A stretch of DNA of 64,000 bases, taken from the NCBI GenBank assembly GCA_951406725.2, contig OX597818.1, forward strand, positions 81,902,001 through 81,966,000, read 5' to 3'. Under the pieces are notes generated by a model. That model saw only the letters and a list, made by a program, of their open reading frames with translations, had not been told where the DNA came from and made no database searches. Positions 28,712 to 42,361 of this stretch are shown here, one piece after another. The stretch's first letter is position 1. Every line of letters begins with the position of its first letter. This stretch comes from Octopus vulgaris. Taxonomy: Eukaryota. The position numbers and the translations under genes are program-made.

Positions 28712-29090
28712 CGTGTGTTTGGGTGTCAATCTGAGGACGGTGCAATCTGAGGTCATGTATTCAGAGTCTCAGACTCAACACAGAGGCCTATATCAAGTGC
28801 TCGAAGGCGGTAGTGCTCCCATGGTTCAAGGGGGTGGTGCTGGAAAACCTTATATCTGGCTACAAGAATCTGCACCATGCCACAGAACCAAAAGTTCCTA
28901 GTCATGGCTGTCAGACAATTTCTGCAACCACATCAACCCTAACATCTGACCACCTAAGTCCCGAGACTGCAGCCCTTTTGATTATTATGTGTGGGGCACA
29001 GTTGAACGAGATACTTACAAAACTCTTTGTAACACTAAAGATGAACTGAAGGCAAAGATTATGGCAGTATTCACCAATGGCATTATTCAC
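28712..29090 (+). mobile_element. Second maT/DD37D-like relic (same family as 21400-22558)
   Basis: Shares GTGTTTGGGTGTCAATCTGAGGA and CATGGCTGTCAGACAATTTCTGC...GAAGGCAA.GATTATGGCAG.ATTCACCAA. Encodes KPYIWLQESAPCH (QQDSAPCH motif). Confidence 0.82.
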
Positions 29091-29097
29091 ACGTATG

Positions 29098-29505
29098 TAT
29101 TCTTTTATTCTTTTATTTGTTTCAGTAATTTGACTCCGGCCATGCTGGGGAACCACCTTTAGTCGAAGAAATCGACCTCAAGACTTATTCTTTGTAAGCT
29201 TAGTACTTATTCTATCGGTCTCTTTTGCCGAACCGCTACCTTACGGGGGACGTAAACACACTAACAGCGGTTGTCAAGCGATGGTGGGGGACAAACACAG
29301 ACACACACAGACACAAATACACACACACATATACATGTATTTATACGACAGGCTTCTTTCAGTTTCCGTCTACCAAATCCACTCGCAAGGCTTTGTTCGG
29401 AGCAAGGCCATAGTAGAAGACACATCCCCAACGTGCTACACAGTGGGACTGAACCTGGAATCATGCGGTTGGGAAGCAGTTTTAAAACACAGACACGCCT
29501 GCGTC
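29098..29505 (-). mobile_element. SINE family B, near full-length
   Basis: Reverse complement of head, body and (AATAAAAG)n-like tail. Confidence 0.9.
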
Positions 29506-30022
29506 TATGTATAATAACATTGTATGTATAATGTAATTTTTAGGATCAATAGGATCAGGTATTTAAATAGTAAATGTACCAAGGTAGAGTTGGGGAATAG
29601 CGCGACGGTGTACCAACAATATGTATTGACAAATACGTAGTTACGAAAGTAAATACGAATCTTACCTTCCAGTTATGCACACAGCCACAAGTCAAAGTCA
29701 CACAGGCTTGCACCCACTACTTGTATTCCAACTCGACTATAGAATCCATATTCAAAAGCATGCAAAGTTCCGAGCAAGGTAAATCATAAATAATAACACT
29801 GATGGGTTGAGGTTCGCAATTTACTGTCCGATGACTTTTCGCCAGTCCTGTGTATATATATTTATATATACAAACATCGGTTGTCTAGTGAGTCGGATGT
29901 CCTATTATGGCCGTCCCTTATATGTTTGAATGTATATTATATAGTCTATTGACTATTTTCTCACTCACTTGACCGCTGGTAGCGGAGAATTTTTCAAGAA
30001 TTTTTTGCTGCCCTAAAATTTA

Positions 30023-30074
<52 letters not shown>

Positions 30075-30076
<2 letters not shown>

Positions 30077-30496
30077 AAACAAAGGGCGAAGACAGATGTA
30101 TTAAATAACAAATATTAGTTTAACGGGTATTAGTTTAACGCTCAGGAAGGTGAGAAAACCGTTTACGTTCCGAGCCTACGTTCTTCAAAAGAAAAGAACA
30201 CGAGACATAAACAAAGAGAAAATATAAAATCTTTGGGAGCTAGCGGTCAATCATAGCGGCTGGCTGAACCGATGTGGTTAGACAGGAGAGCTAAGAAGAA
30301 GGGGAGATAATAATGCATTGGTGGTCCCAAAACGACGGTGCACGTACGTGTGTATATGAAAGTGTGTATTTGTGTGTGTGGATAGGGGCTGGTGACATTG
30401 ACATGTGGATGATAGTGTGGGTGTTGGCAAGTGGTCGGTACTAGTGTGTGCGGGGTGGTGTGATGTAGTGTGGTGGTGTGATATACATATGTACGC

Positions 30497-30530
<34 letters not shown>

Positions 30531-30720
30531 TTCAGAAATGTAGCTGAACGCGTGCTGATGGGTTTTTACTCCTTCTTTGGACTTTTCTCTTTTTCTTTCC
30601 GACGAAGAGCTATGCTCAAAACGTAAAAAAAACTTTCTCCTTTTATTGAGCGTCAATCTAATACATGAGCACGTCCTCTTGTTTGCTATTGTTATTTTCA
30701 ATGTTTATTTATTTGATTTG
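30075..30720. mobile_element. Non-coding element with inverted PLE-type ends, each with a degenerate hammerhead
   Basis: Left, minus strand: TTGAAGAACGTAGGCTCGGAACGTAAAC. Right, plus strand: TTTCCGACGAAGAGCTATGCTCAAAACGTAAAA. Each is followed outward by TTTCTC..TGAGCGT.AA.CTAATAC. Confidence 0.6.
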
Positions 30721-31487
30721 ACTATATATATTTATACACATCCACTCGCACATATATTTGCCCCAAAAGAAAATTGCGACCAATGATGTCTAAACAATCA
30801 CAAGTCTCTTATACCAGCTCTTGTGTGTTCATCCGGTCTTTGACAAGTTTTGTCCTTCGATCTGCAGGTCACCCAACGAGAAACACACTTCTTACCAAGC
30901 AGTCTTGGTAGGGTTGCGCGTTTAATTGACTCGGCTCTACAGTTGTACTGTGTAATATATATCATTAGTAGCAATAAGATTGACCTGATGTATATTGTTT
31001 AGAGAGCGCGATTACATTTCTTCATTTAAAAAAAAAACTTCAGACACGGGCATCGCTTGATTTTTCACATCTCTATATGTGTTATATACTATGGGTGGCC
31101 GAAGTCCAGAAATGCTAAACATTCAAGGAAATTTTTCATGATAAGATTAAGGAAGGTGTGAGCGTAGGTGGTAAGCTATCTGAACATCAACTGCAAAAGG
31201 CGCCCATCGTTGACATATCTGACGAAAAACTGTAGGTCCCTAGCACAACTGCAAAGCCACATCCATGCTGTACATGTTTTAGAAAAGCATCAAGGGATGC
31301 CATTGGTCGCAACTTGGTTGAAGCCATCATATATTTAAGTATGTATGCATACATGCATAATTTCTTCGGAATTTATTTTAGTTAATTTCCCCTGCAGAAT
31401 CAAGGCGATAACTAACAAATTGGAAGGCCGGTTTGCTAATGCATAACAGCTCTGAAGGTTTGTGGTTAGCTAGATAATGTCAACAAA

Positions 31488-31492
<5 letters not shown>

Positions 31493-31537
<45 letters not shown>

Positions 31538-31570
31538 TGTGTGTGTGTGTGTGTGTGTGAGTGTGTGTGT
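31493..31570. repeat. (GT)n microsatellite
   Basis: Directly visible. Confidence 0.96.
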
Positions 31571-32769
31571 TGAGTCTATATGGGTAATTATGGCTAAATA
31601 TTCACTCCCAGGTGTACTTTTCACAACAGAAGAAAAGAATGCAAGTTTTATTACTATTTACGGGTAAACGTGAACATATATTCTCTCTCTCATTCTCTTT
31701 CTCCTTCCCTCTCTCTCTATATATATATACACATACACGCACAGACACAGACACAAACATTCACGCAGGCAAACACACACACACACACACACATATGTAT
31801 GCGATTATTTGTATATGTTCAACAAAGTACCTCGAATGGTGAACCCCTGATATGTTTTGCAAATGTTCAAACTATATGTATGTTTTTGATTGGAGTTTTG
31901 CTTAAGTTCCTCTGAAGAGACCTCAAGGTCGTTAGCAAAGCGACAAGACTTTGTTAGGTATATGAGATCGCGGTGTTTGTAAATATGTTGTTGAGTTAGA
32001 TTGATGTTTGAAATGTTGCTGCGCACACCCACGCATATTCTACTTTTCATCTAAAAGATCTCAGATGCAGAATCTTTGGAATGTTTTTCAAATTTCACAT
32101 TGCTGCTAACAGATTGGATTTGGAGAATGCGTGTCAGTTTTTTTCGTTCTTCCTTCGAAAAATCCAATATTTCTAGTTTTTCGTGTTAATGTGTATATAT
32201 GTAATTAATTAATTAATTGCTAAAATAATTAAGTTAGTAAGTATGTGTGTTTGTATATATGCACGTATGTACGTATGTATGTATGTATGTATGTATGTAT
32301 GCATGTATGTATGTATGTATGTATGTACAAGTGAATGGATATTTGTATGTGTATATGGAATGTGTGTATGTATGGCCGATTATTTGTTGCCTCCAATATA
32401 TTTATTAAATTATCAACTCTAAACAGTATTCTGATGCCAAAGTCTATTACATTGCTGAGAGGGTTTTAAGCTTGATTTGTCTAGAAATATGTTAAATAAA
32501 ACTAATATATGTGCATATGCAAATCGTACATTGAGCACACGCAAACTCTTGGAACCAGACACGCACATCGACAGATATAGAAATACTTATATAACGCATA
32601 TTTATATATTTTATACCGACGGAAATTTTCTTACACATACATACATACATACATACATACATACACACACATATAAGAATATATGCGTATATACATATAT
32701 AGACATATATATATATTTATATGTATGTATACATATGTATATATATGTGTGTGTCTTTATATATAATTG

Positions 32770-32816
<47 letters not shown>

Positions 32817-32927
32817 GCGCATGCATACATACACGAATTTATATATATATATATATATATTCCTATATTTGTATGTATATATACATACACATATTCATAT
32901 ATACATATACACATATATGTGTGTATG

Positions 32928-32965
<38 letters not shown>

Positions 32966-33885
32966 TATACATGTATATACATGTGTGTGTATGTGTGTGT
33001 TTGCGTGTGTAAATATTCTTTATAATGTGCAGACAGTGTACAATCAAAGAATATTGATATCAGACTCTACTATGTGGTCTCCCTCTAACCATTCTAATAT
33101 CGGTTTTATACACAGAAGCTACAACATGATGTCTGTCCTACCAAACTCTGTTTACACTATCTATTCAATCTATGCAAGTTGCCTCAATGTACCAAAAGCC
33201 AGCATCTATGAAGTATGAATAGCAAGTGGGTGCCTCTGCATTTGCCCATTATATGATGTTCTATGTATCAAAATCACTGTCTTCTGACTGTATCTTAATC
33301 TTTGCTATCATTATTGTAGATAAAATAAGTACGTGTCGAGCACAGGGATCGATATAATTGAGTAGATCCCTTTTGCAAAATCTCATTACTTGTGCCTATA
33401 GGAGAAACAATTTTGGATTCTCAGATGAACAATTTCTTACACAACAATTTACTTTACTGCTTTTAAATATTGCTTGCTTGCTTGCTTGATGGGTCTAGGT
33501 ACATCCCAGGTTAGTGGTTACAGGGACGTCATCATACATAGAGCCGACAAGGTCTACAGTGTTCTCCCTCGCGGACCGTCCTGTGCCAACCTCTCTGCTT
33601 CTTTCTTCCAAAGTGACGTCAAGCCTCTGGAGTTCAGATGCTTTACGTCAGCCATCTCGTGCGAGACTTGTCACGAGGCCTCTTCAGGACGGTTTTAAAT
33701 TGTTGAAGATTCGTTTAGCTTTTTGATCATCATGGCGTCACAAAGGGAAACAGTTTTGAGAGCACGCAGTAACCTATTTTATAGCACCTATCAAAAGTTA
33801 CTTATGTACCAATCCTGTGAATATATATTTCGTGTAAATCAAGTTTGTGCTTTTAGTAACTCTATCCGATTACCATTTACGCAAA

Positions 33886-34031
33886 TGAGTACAACAGGGG
33901 TCACCCCATCCCCTGCCGGAGCCTCGTGGAGCTTTAGGTGTTTTCGCTCAATAAACACACACAATGCCCGGTCTGGGAACCGAAACCCCGATCCTCCAAA
34001 TCCGCCGCCCTAACCACTGGGCCATTGCGCC
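33886..34031 (-). mobile_element. SINE family C 5' fragment
   Basis: Matches the head of 57199-57588 (GGCGCAATGGCCCAGTGGTTAGGGCGGCGGA...AAAACACCTAAAGCTCCACGAGGCTCCGGCAGGGGATGG). Confidence 0.9.
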
Positions 34032-34080
34032 CCCCTCTATATATATGTATGTATATATTTATGTATGCTATGCATGCATG

Positions 34081-34191
<111 letters not shown>

Positions 34192-34269
34192 GAGAGTTTA
34201 CGAAAAAAACAAAAAACGAAGACAGGTGGTTTACATAGATAGATGATGTCTTTTACCTTTCTTTGTATG

Positions 34270-36655
34270 TATGAGTTGCTCCGTATCGGATACTGGAATG
34301 ATATTGAATCACTCTATGAAGCGTTTCGGTGTCAGTTTGGTATCTGGCACAGGATAGCTTACCTCATGTGCAGGTAGAAGCTATTTAACCTTGATTAGTA
34401 ATCTACTTAGGAGAAGGAAATCTTCAAAATAAAACCTGAGGCCTTGGACGTTCCCGGTTTTGTCAATTCTCAGGTCACACCGGCAAACGTTTTCTTTGGC
34501 CAATGGGTGGGAGTAGTGCAGTGCAAGCTACACCCATTGAAAGATATTCATTGAATTAGTTGGCAGAAACTTAAAAATAAGCTTGCAACTTCTACTGAAA
34601 TGTCTCACACAGATTCAGTGACTGACAAAAAATGGCTTGGGGACATCAGTGGAACAGGTCTGCCTCGGCAGGTGTCCCAGTGTATCACAGGTTATATCCA
34701 AGCGTCATCCTGCCACTGTAATCAAACAATCCTAAAAAAAAAAAAATAAACATCCTCTGAATTTTGGCTGTTGGAATGTGTGCACACTTCTAGAGAACAA
34801 TTTTAACAAGAGGCCAGAAAGGCGTACTGCCCGTATTGCATGTGGGCTTAAAAAATATTCCCTTGATATAATTGCGCTCTCTGAAACTCCTCTTTCTGGT
34901 GAGGGTTAAATAAATGAACCTACTTATGGATATACTATCTTCTGGAAAGGCATACATGAAGGTCAGCGTAGAGAATCTGGTGTTGGGTTTGCTCTAAAGA
35001 ATTAACTAGTATCCTCCATGGCAGAATTTCCAAGTGGTATATCTAAACGAACCAAGACATGCTATATAAAGCTGATAAAAAGTAGGCTTCTTACTGATGT
35101 CTGTATTTATGTACCAACAATGTCTCATTCTGACGAAACTGTAAGACAGTTTTATGACAATCTAGCACCATTATTGAGGAAAGTACCAATTTCTGATAAG
35201 CTGGTTATATTGACGGATTTCTGGCAAGAGATGGAAATGACTACATTTGATGGCCTGTTTCAGGCTGATATGGGATAGGAAAATGTAATAAAAATGGAGT
35301 AGCTCTTTTGAAGTTTTGTGCTGAGAATAATTTGGTTGTCATCAACGCTTTGTTTAAGCAGAAAAATAAATATAAAACCACATGGATGCACCCAAGATTT
35401 AAGGACTGGCAGTTCATAGATTATGTTTTGATCAGAAAGCATGATATGAAAGATGTTTCTAGTATTCGGGCCATGAGTGGAGCAGAGAGCTGGACTGACC
35501 AGCATCAAGTGCGTGGTAAAAGGAATTTTTCAATAATGCCTAAAAGTCGACAGCCTGATCATAAGGTAGCCAAAATGTTAAATGTTGCAAACTTCAAATT
35601 ACCAAGCATCTTGCAAAGATTCCACGATGCTATAGAAAGTATCAATCTTGATCCAAACAATCTATGGAAAGGTTTCAAAACAAAAGTATTTCAGGCTGCA
35701 AGTTCTTCAGTGGGATTTAAATCGCGTAAGTCCAGTGACTAGTTTTCAGAAAAATCACCAGAAATTAATGATCTACTTTTAGAAAAAACAAAACTTCGGC
35801 AATACACTTCTTTCTCAGTCCTTGAACCCCAACTGAAGCGAAGCTTATAGAAAGCTGAAAGTGCAGTCTGCGCTAAGGAAAATTAAGTAGAGATGGTAAA
35901 ATGACAGGAAAAGGGGCTGATAGAAATGATGCCAAGGTGATTGTACTCTTATGATAAGGATGTATATGGCACCAAATCTTCTTCAATAACTCCAGTGAGA
36001 AGAGCAAATGGACATTTGCTTTTGACTGACACTGCTTCTATCTATAAACGCTGGGTAGAACATTTTTCTGCACTTTTGAATAGACCAGCATCCGTTGACA
36101 TGAGAATGTTAGAAAAGAACGAACACATTCCAGTTATAGACGAGATGGCATTTCAACCATCTCTAAATGACATTCATTTAGCTGTGAATAAGCTGAATAA
36201 CAATAAGTCTCCAGGGTCTATGGAATCTGTGTAGAAGTCTTGCCATATCGGAGTGGCAAAACGTTTGAACTCTGAAATATATTAATTTCTCACTATTGGA
36301 GAACTTAGGAAGTAATTCAAGACTGGATTGATGCCATTTTAGTCGCCTTGTATAAATCAGGGCCAAAGGTTTTATGTAGTAATTTTTGTGGGATTTCACT
36401 TTTGTAGATGGAAAGGTACTCTTCTGCATTCTGTTAGAAATTTTAATACCATCACAGTTCCAAATATGGAGCCTAAATGTGGTTTTCGTTGATTGTATCT
36501 TTACTATCAAATAATTTCAGGAAAAGTGCATTGAATAGAAACTTGCCCTATACCATTGCTTTGTTGATTTAAGCAAGGCATTCGATACTGTTAATCAAAA
36601 TGCTCTGTGGTTAATTTTAAGGAAAATAGGTTGCCCAGAAAAATTTGTAAACAAA
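34270..36655 (+). mobile_element. RTE-clade (BovB-like) LINE: putative 5'UTR, APE endonuclease and N-terminal RT; pseudogenised and 3'-truncated
   Basis: Ordered motifs GCWNVCTL, DIIALSET, GYTIFWKG, SGVGF, IYVPT, LVILTDF, TTWMHPRFKDWQFIDYVL, WTDQHQV, RWVEHFSALLNRP, NNKSPG, FVDLSKAFDTVN..ALWLILRKIGCPEKFV. Many stops and frameshifts. The 5' boundary is uncertain. Confidence 0.93.
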
Positions 36656-36830
36656 GCAACCATTCTCCAAGGCGACGTCAACATGGTCCATACCACCGCG
36701 CGCGGCTGAGAACGCCACTTGTTCTGGGATATGCGACCCATGACTCTTCACCGGCATCTTCCGCTGCTTCACCTCCACTTTTTTTCCTTTTCTTTCTTGT
36801 CTCTTTCTTGTCTCTTTTCTTTCGCGTTTC

Positions 36831-37385
36831 CAGACTAAATATAGAGACGCATACATAAATATATACATACATATATACGCAATCTGGCATGTTCTAATAA
36901 AATAAGAATTATCATTTGAAACAAAAAAATACAACTCAATCTAGCATAACAAATAATCTTGAGTTACTTTCGCCTTTTTATTTCTTGTCAGTATCTTTCA
37001 GGTGCCGACGTTATATACAGCCTGATTTAGGCATATTTTTAGACCGGAGAGAACAGATCTCGCGGACAGAGAGACAGAAAGAAACAATGGGAGAAAAAAG
37101 AATGCATTCCACAAATTCTGGGATGGTTGGATTAGATGAGAGCTGCGGGATGACAAGTAGAGTCGATTTGAGCAGGATATGAAATCAGTTCGTAAAGACT
37201 CATTGCAACTAATGCAAATCAATCCATATAGTGCACTAGCAACTCTGCCAATTGGCTGCCAACATCATATACTAGATAGTAGAGGTGTAGAGTACCATGT
37301 AATCACAAATTCTAATAAATACAGACTAAATACAGAGACGCATACATAAATATATACATACAAGTATACGCAATCTGGCATGTTC
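36831..37385. repeat. 64-bp direct repeat pair (36831-36894, 37322-37385)
   Basis: CAGACTAAATA(T/C)AGAGACGCATACATAAATATATACATACA..TATACGCAATCTGGCATGTTC occurs twice, with a period of 491 bp. Confidence 0.92.
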
Positions 37386-37520
37386 GATTGAACATATCCA
37401 TACATATACGCAAGCATATAGAATACAGACAAATATAATAAATATAATTACAGACATATCAACCTATATTTATGGAAACACAGACACGCACACATTTACA
37501 CACACGCAAGCATATATATG

Positions 37521-37586
<66 letters not shown>

Positions 37587-37669
37587 TATATATATATATA
37601 TATATTTATATGTATATGTATATATATGCATAAGAATATATATACATACATACATACATACATACATAC

Positions 37670-37739
<70 letters not shown>

Positions 37740-38040
37740 TACCCTTATAAGTGCTGCACATTTCACCACGCAGTGCAATTTAATTAAATTCTAATCAAAT
37801 GATCTATTTAAATATTTCTATGGTTTGTTTGTTATTTTCATATTTCATTTAAATATTTACGGAACGCTATTATAAATATCGAATATTTATTATCTGATGT
37901 TATTAAAACTTATCACGTCGGCGTTGTCTATTTATATTTTCTCTCCTACGTTTGCATATATACAGCAGTACACATATACGTATATATATATAAATTAAGA
38001 TCCTACATGTATACACACGCACAAATCATGTACATTTACA

Positions 38041-38126
<86 letters not shown>

Positions 38127-38368
38127 CGAATATGTATATGCATCCATATATACGTATATATATGTATATAAATGCGGATAAGTACTTATACATATGTTCA
38201 TATGCGTGTATATGAGTGCATACACATGTGTATATATGGATATGTATTCATCAAATTTTTATGCCATAGTACCGCATTTGGATTTGCATATATACATGAG
38301 CATACATATGCATACATATATACATATATAAATTTATATATTCATACATATTTATATCTATATCAATG

Positions 38369-38400
<32 letters not shown>

Positions 38401-38515
38401 GTATGTATATATGTATACATAGATTTTATATAGATATATACATATAAGTTCCTATACATACATACGTGTACGCCACCCTTACACTCATATATACAACCAT
38501 ACAATCTCATATATC

Positions 38516-38547
<32 letters not shown>

Positions 38548-38907
38548 TTTAAGTTATACGCACATTCATGCATACCTAAATATATATGTATACATATATG
38601 TATATATATATATGTATACATACCTCGATCTTGTTGAGTTACTCATCACAGTTTACTCACTAGATCTATCATAGTAGCAATCTAGAAGCCGGTCCAATTT
38701 ATCCGCCACCAACGCAGTGTATACATACTGACAGTATCAACACTGTCTTTTTTTTATAGAATCACCATTTACAAACTATATCTATCTAGTTCAAAATCTA
38801 GATTGTAGGTATGTATAATTATCCTTAATATATGTGCGTCTGTGTGGTTAACCAAGAGAAATTGTTGTTGTAATTTCTTTTTTGTACCTTCCTTTTCGTA
38901 TTATAAC

Positions 38908-38997
38908 TGTAGGTGTTCTGAAGATGCTGAAAGTGTATCCTGATAATACATCATAAAAGTGAAATATCGAAGTAGTTTTTAAACAGCTCCACCTACA
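38908..38997 (+). ncRNA. Degenerate hammerhead motif
   Basis: 8-bp stem TGTAGGTG/CACCTACA encloses CTGAAGA ... TAAA-CAGC-TC. The GAAA and stem III are damaged. Confidence 0.45.
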
Positions 38998-39265
38998 AAT
39001 CATCAACTATCTTCTAACGAAATTGACTGAAGTATTAAATTGAAACATAACCACAATGAAGTACAATAGTTTAACTGTTGACATGATGAAAGACTTGATA
39101 TGAATACATACATGCATATATACATATACGTGTGCACATGTGTATACATTTGTAAATGAATATACATAGGTACATGTAAATGCATGTGTGTGCTTGTCTA
39201 TATATATATATGCATATGTGTATGAGTACGCCTGAACCTTTTATGTCTGTCAACACCTGTCCTAA

Positions 39266-39415
39266 CCTTTACGTTCTGAGCTCAAATTCTGTCGGGGTCG
39301 ACTTTGCCTTTCATCCTTTCTGTGTTGATAAATTAAGTCCCACTTTCGTACTGGGGTCGATCAAAACAATTGGTCCCCTCCCCCAAGATTTCGGGCCTTG
39401 TCGCTAGAGAAGAAA
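39266..39415 (+). mobile_element. SINE family A, 5'-truncated
   Basis: TTACGTTCTGAGCTCAAATTC..GGTCGACTTTGCCTTTCATCCTTTC. Confidence 0.88.
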
Positions 39416-39923
39416 AGAAAAGAATACGCCACCCGTCCTAAAACAGTACTGAAAGTAGCAAAGTGTATAATTTTAACAGTCAAAACAGAACCGTAGTGAA
39501 TAACTGAGATGGGTAAATTTGCATGCAGGTAGGGAAAGTGTTGTTCTGAAGCCCGAAACGAAAAACAAGAGCAAAAAAGAAAGAAAGAAAGAAAAAATAC
39601 AAACTAGAAATTCTAAAATGTAAAATTATCAAACACAAAGACAGATACTGAGAGAGCCCAGATTGTCTGTAAAATCTATTTCAACGGCACCTACCGTTGT
39701 GTAGAAAAAGTAACGAACTGCAATTTTGCCTATTCGAAGCCTTCCCAGAATAACAAGCACGGCAATCTCACTGTCACTGACAGTGATAGATTTGGGGGTC
39801 AGTATATGTACTAATAAATCAATTCATATTTTTTACTCTGTTCTTCAGTTTCACTACTTATTTCAAATTATATCTTCGGCGAGTTAAATTGGAAATTTTT
39901 TAACGTCAATGTAACCTTCGTAT

Positions 39924-40025
39924 AATTCAGGTATCGTCCCTGATGAGTAGCTAGCTATATACTTCTCGTTTGATAATTATTACATCGGAGTATTTGCTAG
40001 TCAGGAAACATATGTAGCCTGAATT
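39924..40025 (+). ncRNA. Hammerhead motif with long stem II behind a faint PLE relic
   Basis: AATTCAGGT..CTGATGA (39940-46), CTAGC..ATACT../..AGTAT..GCTAG stem II, GAAA-CATATG-TA-GCCTGAATT. Upstream KCKIIKH and CRKSNELQFCLFE weakly resemble the PLE C-terminus. Confidence 0.65.
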
Positions 40026-40679
40026 TTACCTGCTCCACTCCCACAATTTGGAGACACACACTCACATTTAATGATATATGTCTGTCGACTCGTTAGTCGA
40101 GTAAGACTTTAATAAACTAGTGATGACAGAGCACATATTCCATTAGCACTAAACTAGTTAAAACAATACACAATCGCATGAGTAATACATGAAAAGTCAC
40201 TAATGTAGTATAAATTAGCGACTTCAATGATATTTGCAGTTTAATTATTGTTATATAGAAATCGAATAGAATAAAATGTTTTAATAAAGATAAAGAATTC
40301 AAATAAATAAATCAAACATTATTTACCTATAAAAATTAGTAAATATGCAACAGTTTGTATATACGTTTGATTCTGAACCATTGAGGAGAACATTTTATAA
40401 AGTAAAATATTCACTGTTTAGAAAATTACTACAATATGGTTAGAGAGATTCAATATATTATGTGAACGGAAATAGATCTTTAGAGGAGGAAGAGAGTTAC
40501 GAATGTTTTTTCCAGACAGACGACATGAAAATGCTTGATTTAGTTACGAAAACTGCTTAAATCTGTGACATTATTGTGACATTTCATGTGCTTTGTCAAT
40601 TCATATTTTCTTCTGTATATCTTATTACAAACACAGCGATAAGTTCAAGAGATTGTAACTCTGAATATTCAGTAGGGCA

Positions 40680-41400
40680 CCTCAGTAAGAGCTTCCGCTC
40701 CTAATTACTAGTCCAGTTTGAGAAAGACAAAATATGGTTGCAGGTATTAGAACGAAATAGGTGTCATTGGCCACAGGTAAGCCTTTCTGTTGCCTCTTTA
40801 TTTGTCAATGCATATTTCAGCTTGATATTGTGAAACAAAGCAGCATCTTCTCGGATTTTACTCCTCCAGTTTATCCGATCCTTTGGATCACACTTCCAGT
40901 TTACAAAGTTCTTTAGTGAGCTACGTATCGAATCTTCGAAAGGTGTTTTTCGTTGTATTCGGCATGTGTTGACCAAATCTTTGTGGATGAATTTTAGTTT
41001 CAATACCATTCACACTAATACGCACAAGTACTTTTGTATTCGGTATCTTGTGCACCCATTTGATTTTTACAAGAGAGCGTAAACATTGCTTATGATTTCG
41101 CTTAACTATTGGAGGTGCTTCCTAGATATTTCAATGTCTCAAATGAGTAGAAAATGAATGAATGCACACATGCCCTATACACTGCAACCTTCATATTTTC
41201 CATAGTCGTATCTCTGTTAGACCAAATTCACCCTTTACGATTCTTGAAAACGTGAGATGCTTTTTGTTCAAAATTTCATCATTTAATGATCGAACACGAT
41301 GCAACACACCCCCAAAACATAATTTTGTCCACAGTATTCAATTTCTAGTTTTGAAGGAACATCTCAGTTACTTAATGGGGGTTGGAAGCTGGTTCAATAT
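40680..41400 (-). mobile_element. RTE-like LINE 3' ORF relic
   Basis: RKTPFEDSIRSSLK...DRINWRSKIREDAALF...LTCGQ followed by a decayed C-terminal Cys/His region, typical of RTE ORF ends. Confidence 0.7.
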
Positions 41401-42283
41401 TGTATAGCCCAATAGACATACGTGATTCGGCAGATTTAAGCATCTAGTACTGCATACCAGCTACTGAAAGTGTTACCAGCGATGAATCACTTCTTTCTAT
41501 CGGTTCTACAATCCCTGATTAATAACGTCTATTGTCAACACACCCAGCAGCAACGCCATTCTTCACAATATTGTCGACTCTACCCCTTTTCGGTCATCTT
41601 TCGTCTCACCACATCTACTTCTCTCAAATCCCCTGGTCACTCATTCCCTCTCACTGCACAGCCTCTACTATCTCTTCTTACCCCTCCTCTGCTTCAACAT
41701 TCTCCTCTCCCCAGTGTCCCACCTACATTCACCTTCCACCAACTTCTATTTGCCTACTCCACACATTCTATCCTTAAATTCTCTCGAATCCTGATCGGAA
41801 CCACTAGTTGCCAATCTTACCACCCGCAAAACGGAGAGTAGCTTTATGGTAATGTTTTTATGCGTCCATTATCCCTTGCATATTCTTCACATTTTGTAAA
41901 CTCTATCTTCCAACATTACAACTATTACGTAATTCCAAGCCCTAGAAAGAACTGCCGGACCTAAGATACTATGCCCTCTCCCCCTAGTTTTCTGAATTGT
42001 TTCTGTTCCATGTAATACTGATCCATAAATATAGAAATATCTAAATGCTTATACACGCGTGTTCATCTTCATTTTCAGTCTTGTTTCTCTCTGTCTCTCT
42101 ATATATATATATCCCCATATATACTGACATGTGTATATGTATGTACGTATATTTCATATATGAAACCCAGCTCACCTGGCTTCCCCTCATAGCCACTCTT
42201 TACTCTGAGTACCTCGATGAATACGTTCATGTTTACTGTCATAAGCATCTCAAGATCTCATCTCTTGACCCTCTTCAGTCTCT

Positions 42284-42361
<78 letters not shown>

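Noticed and set aside
30856-30912. Possible small plus-strand exon (CTGCAG|...|GTAGGG)
   Set aside because: Weak donor, no recognisable peptide and no partner exons.
33575-33695. GC-rich structured patch with minus-strand CTGAAGA and hairpins
   Set aside because: Lacks a correctly placed GAAA and cleavage triplet, and I cannot assign a family.
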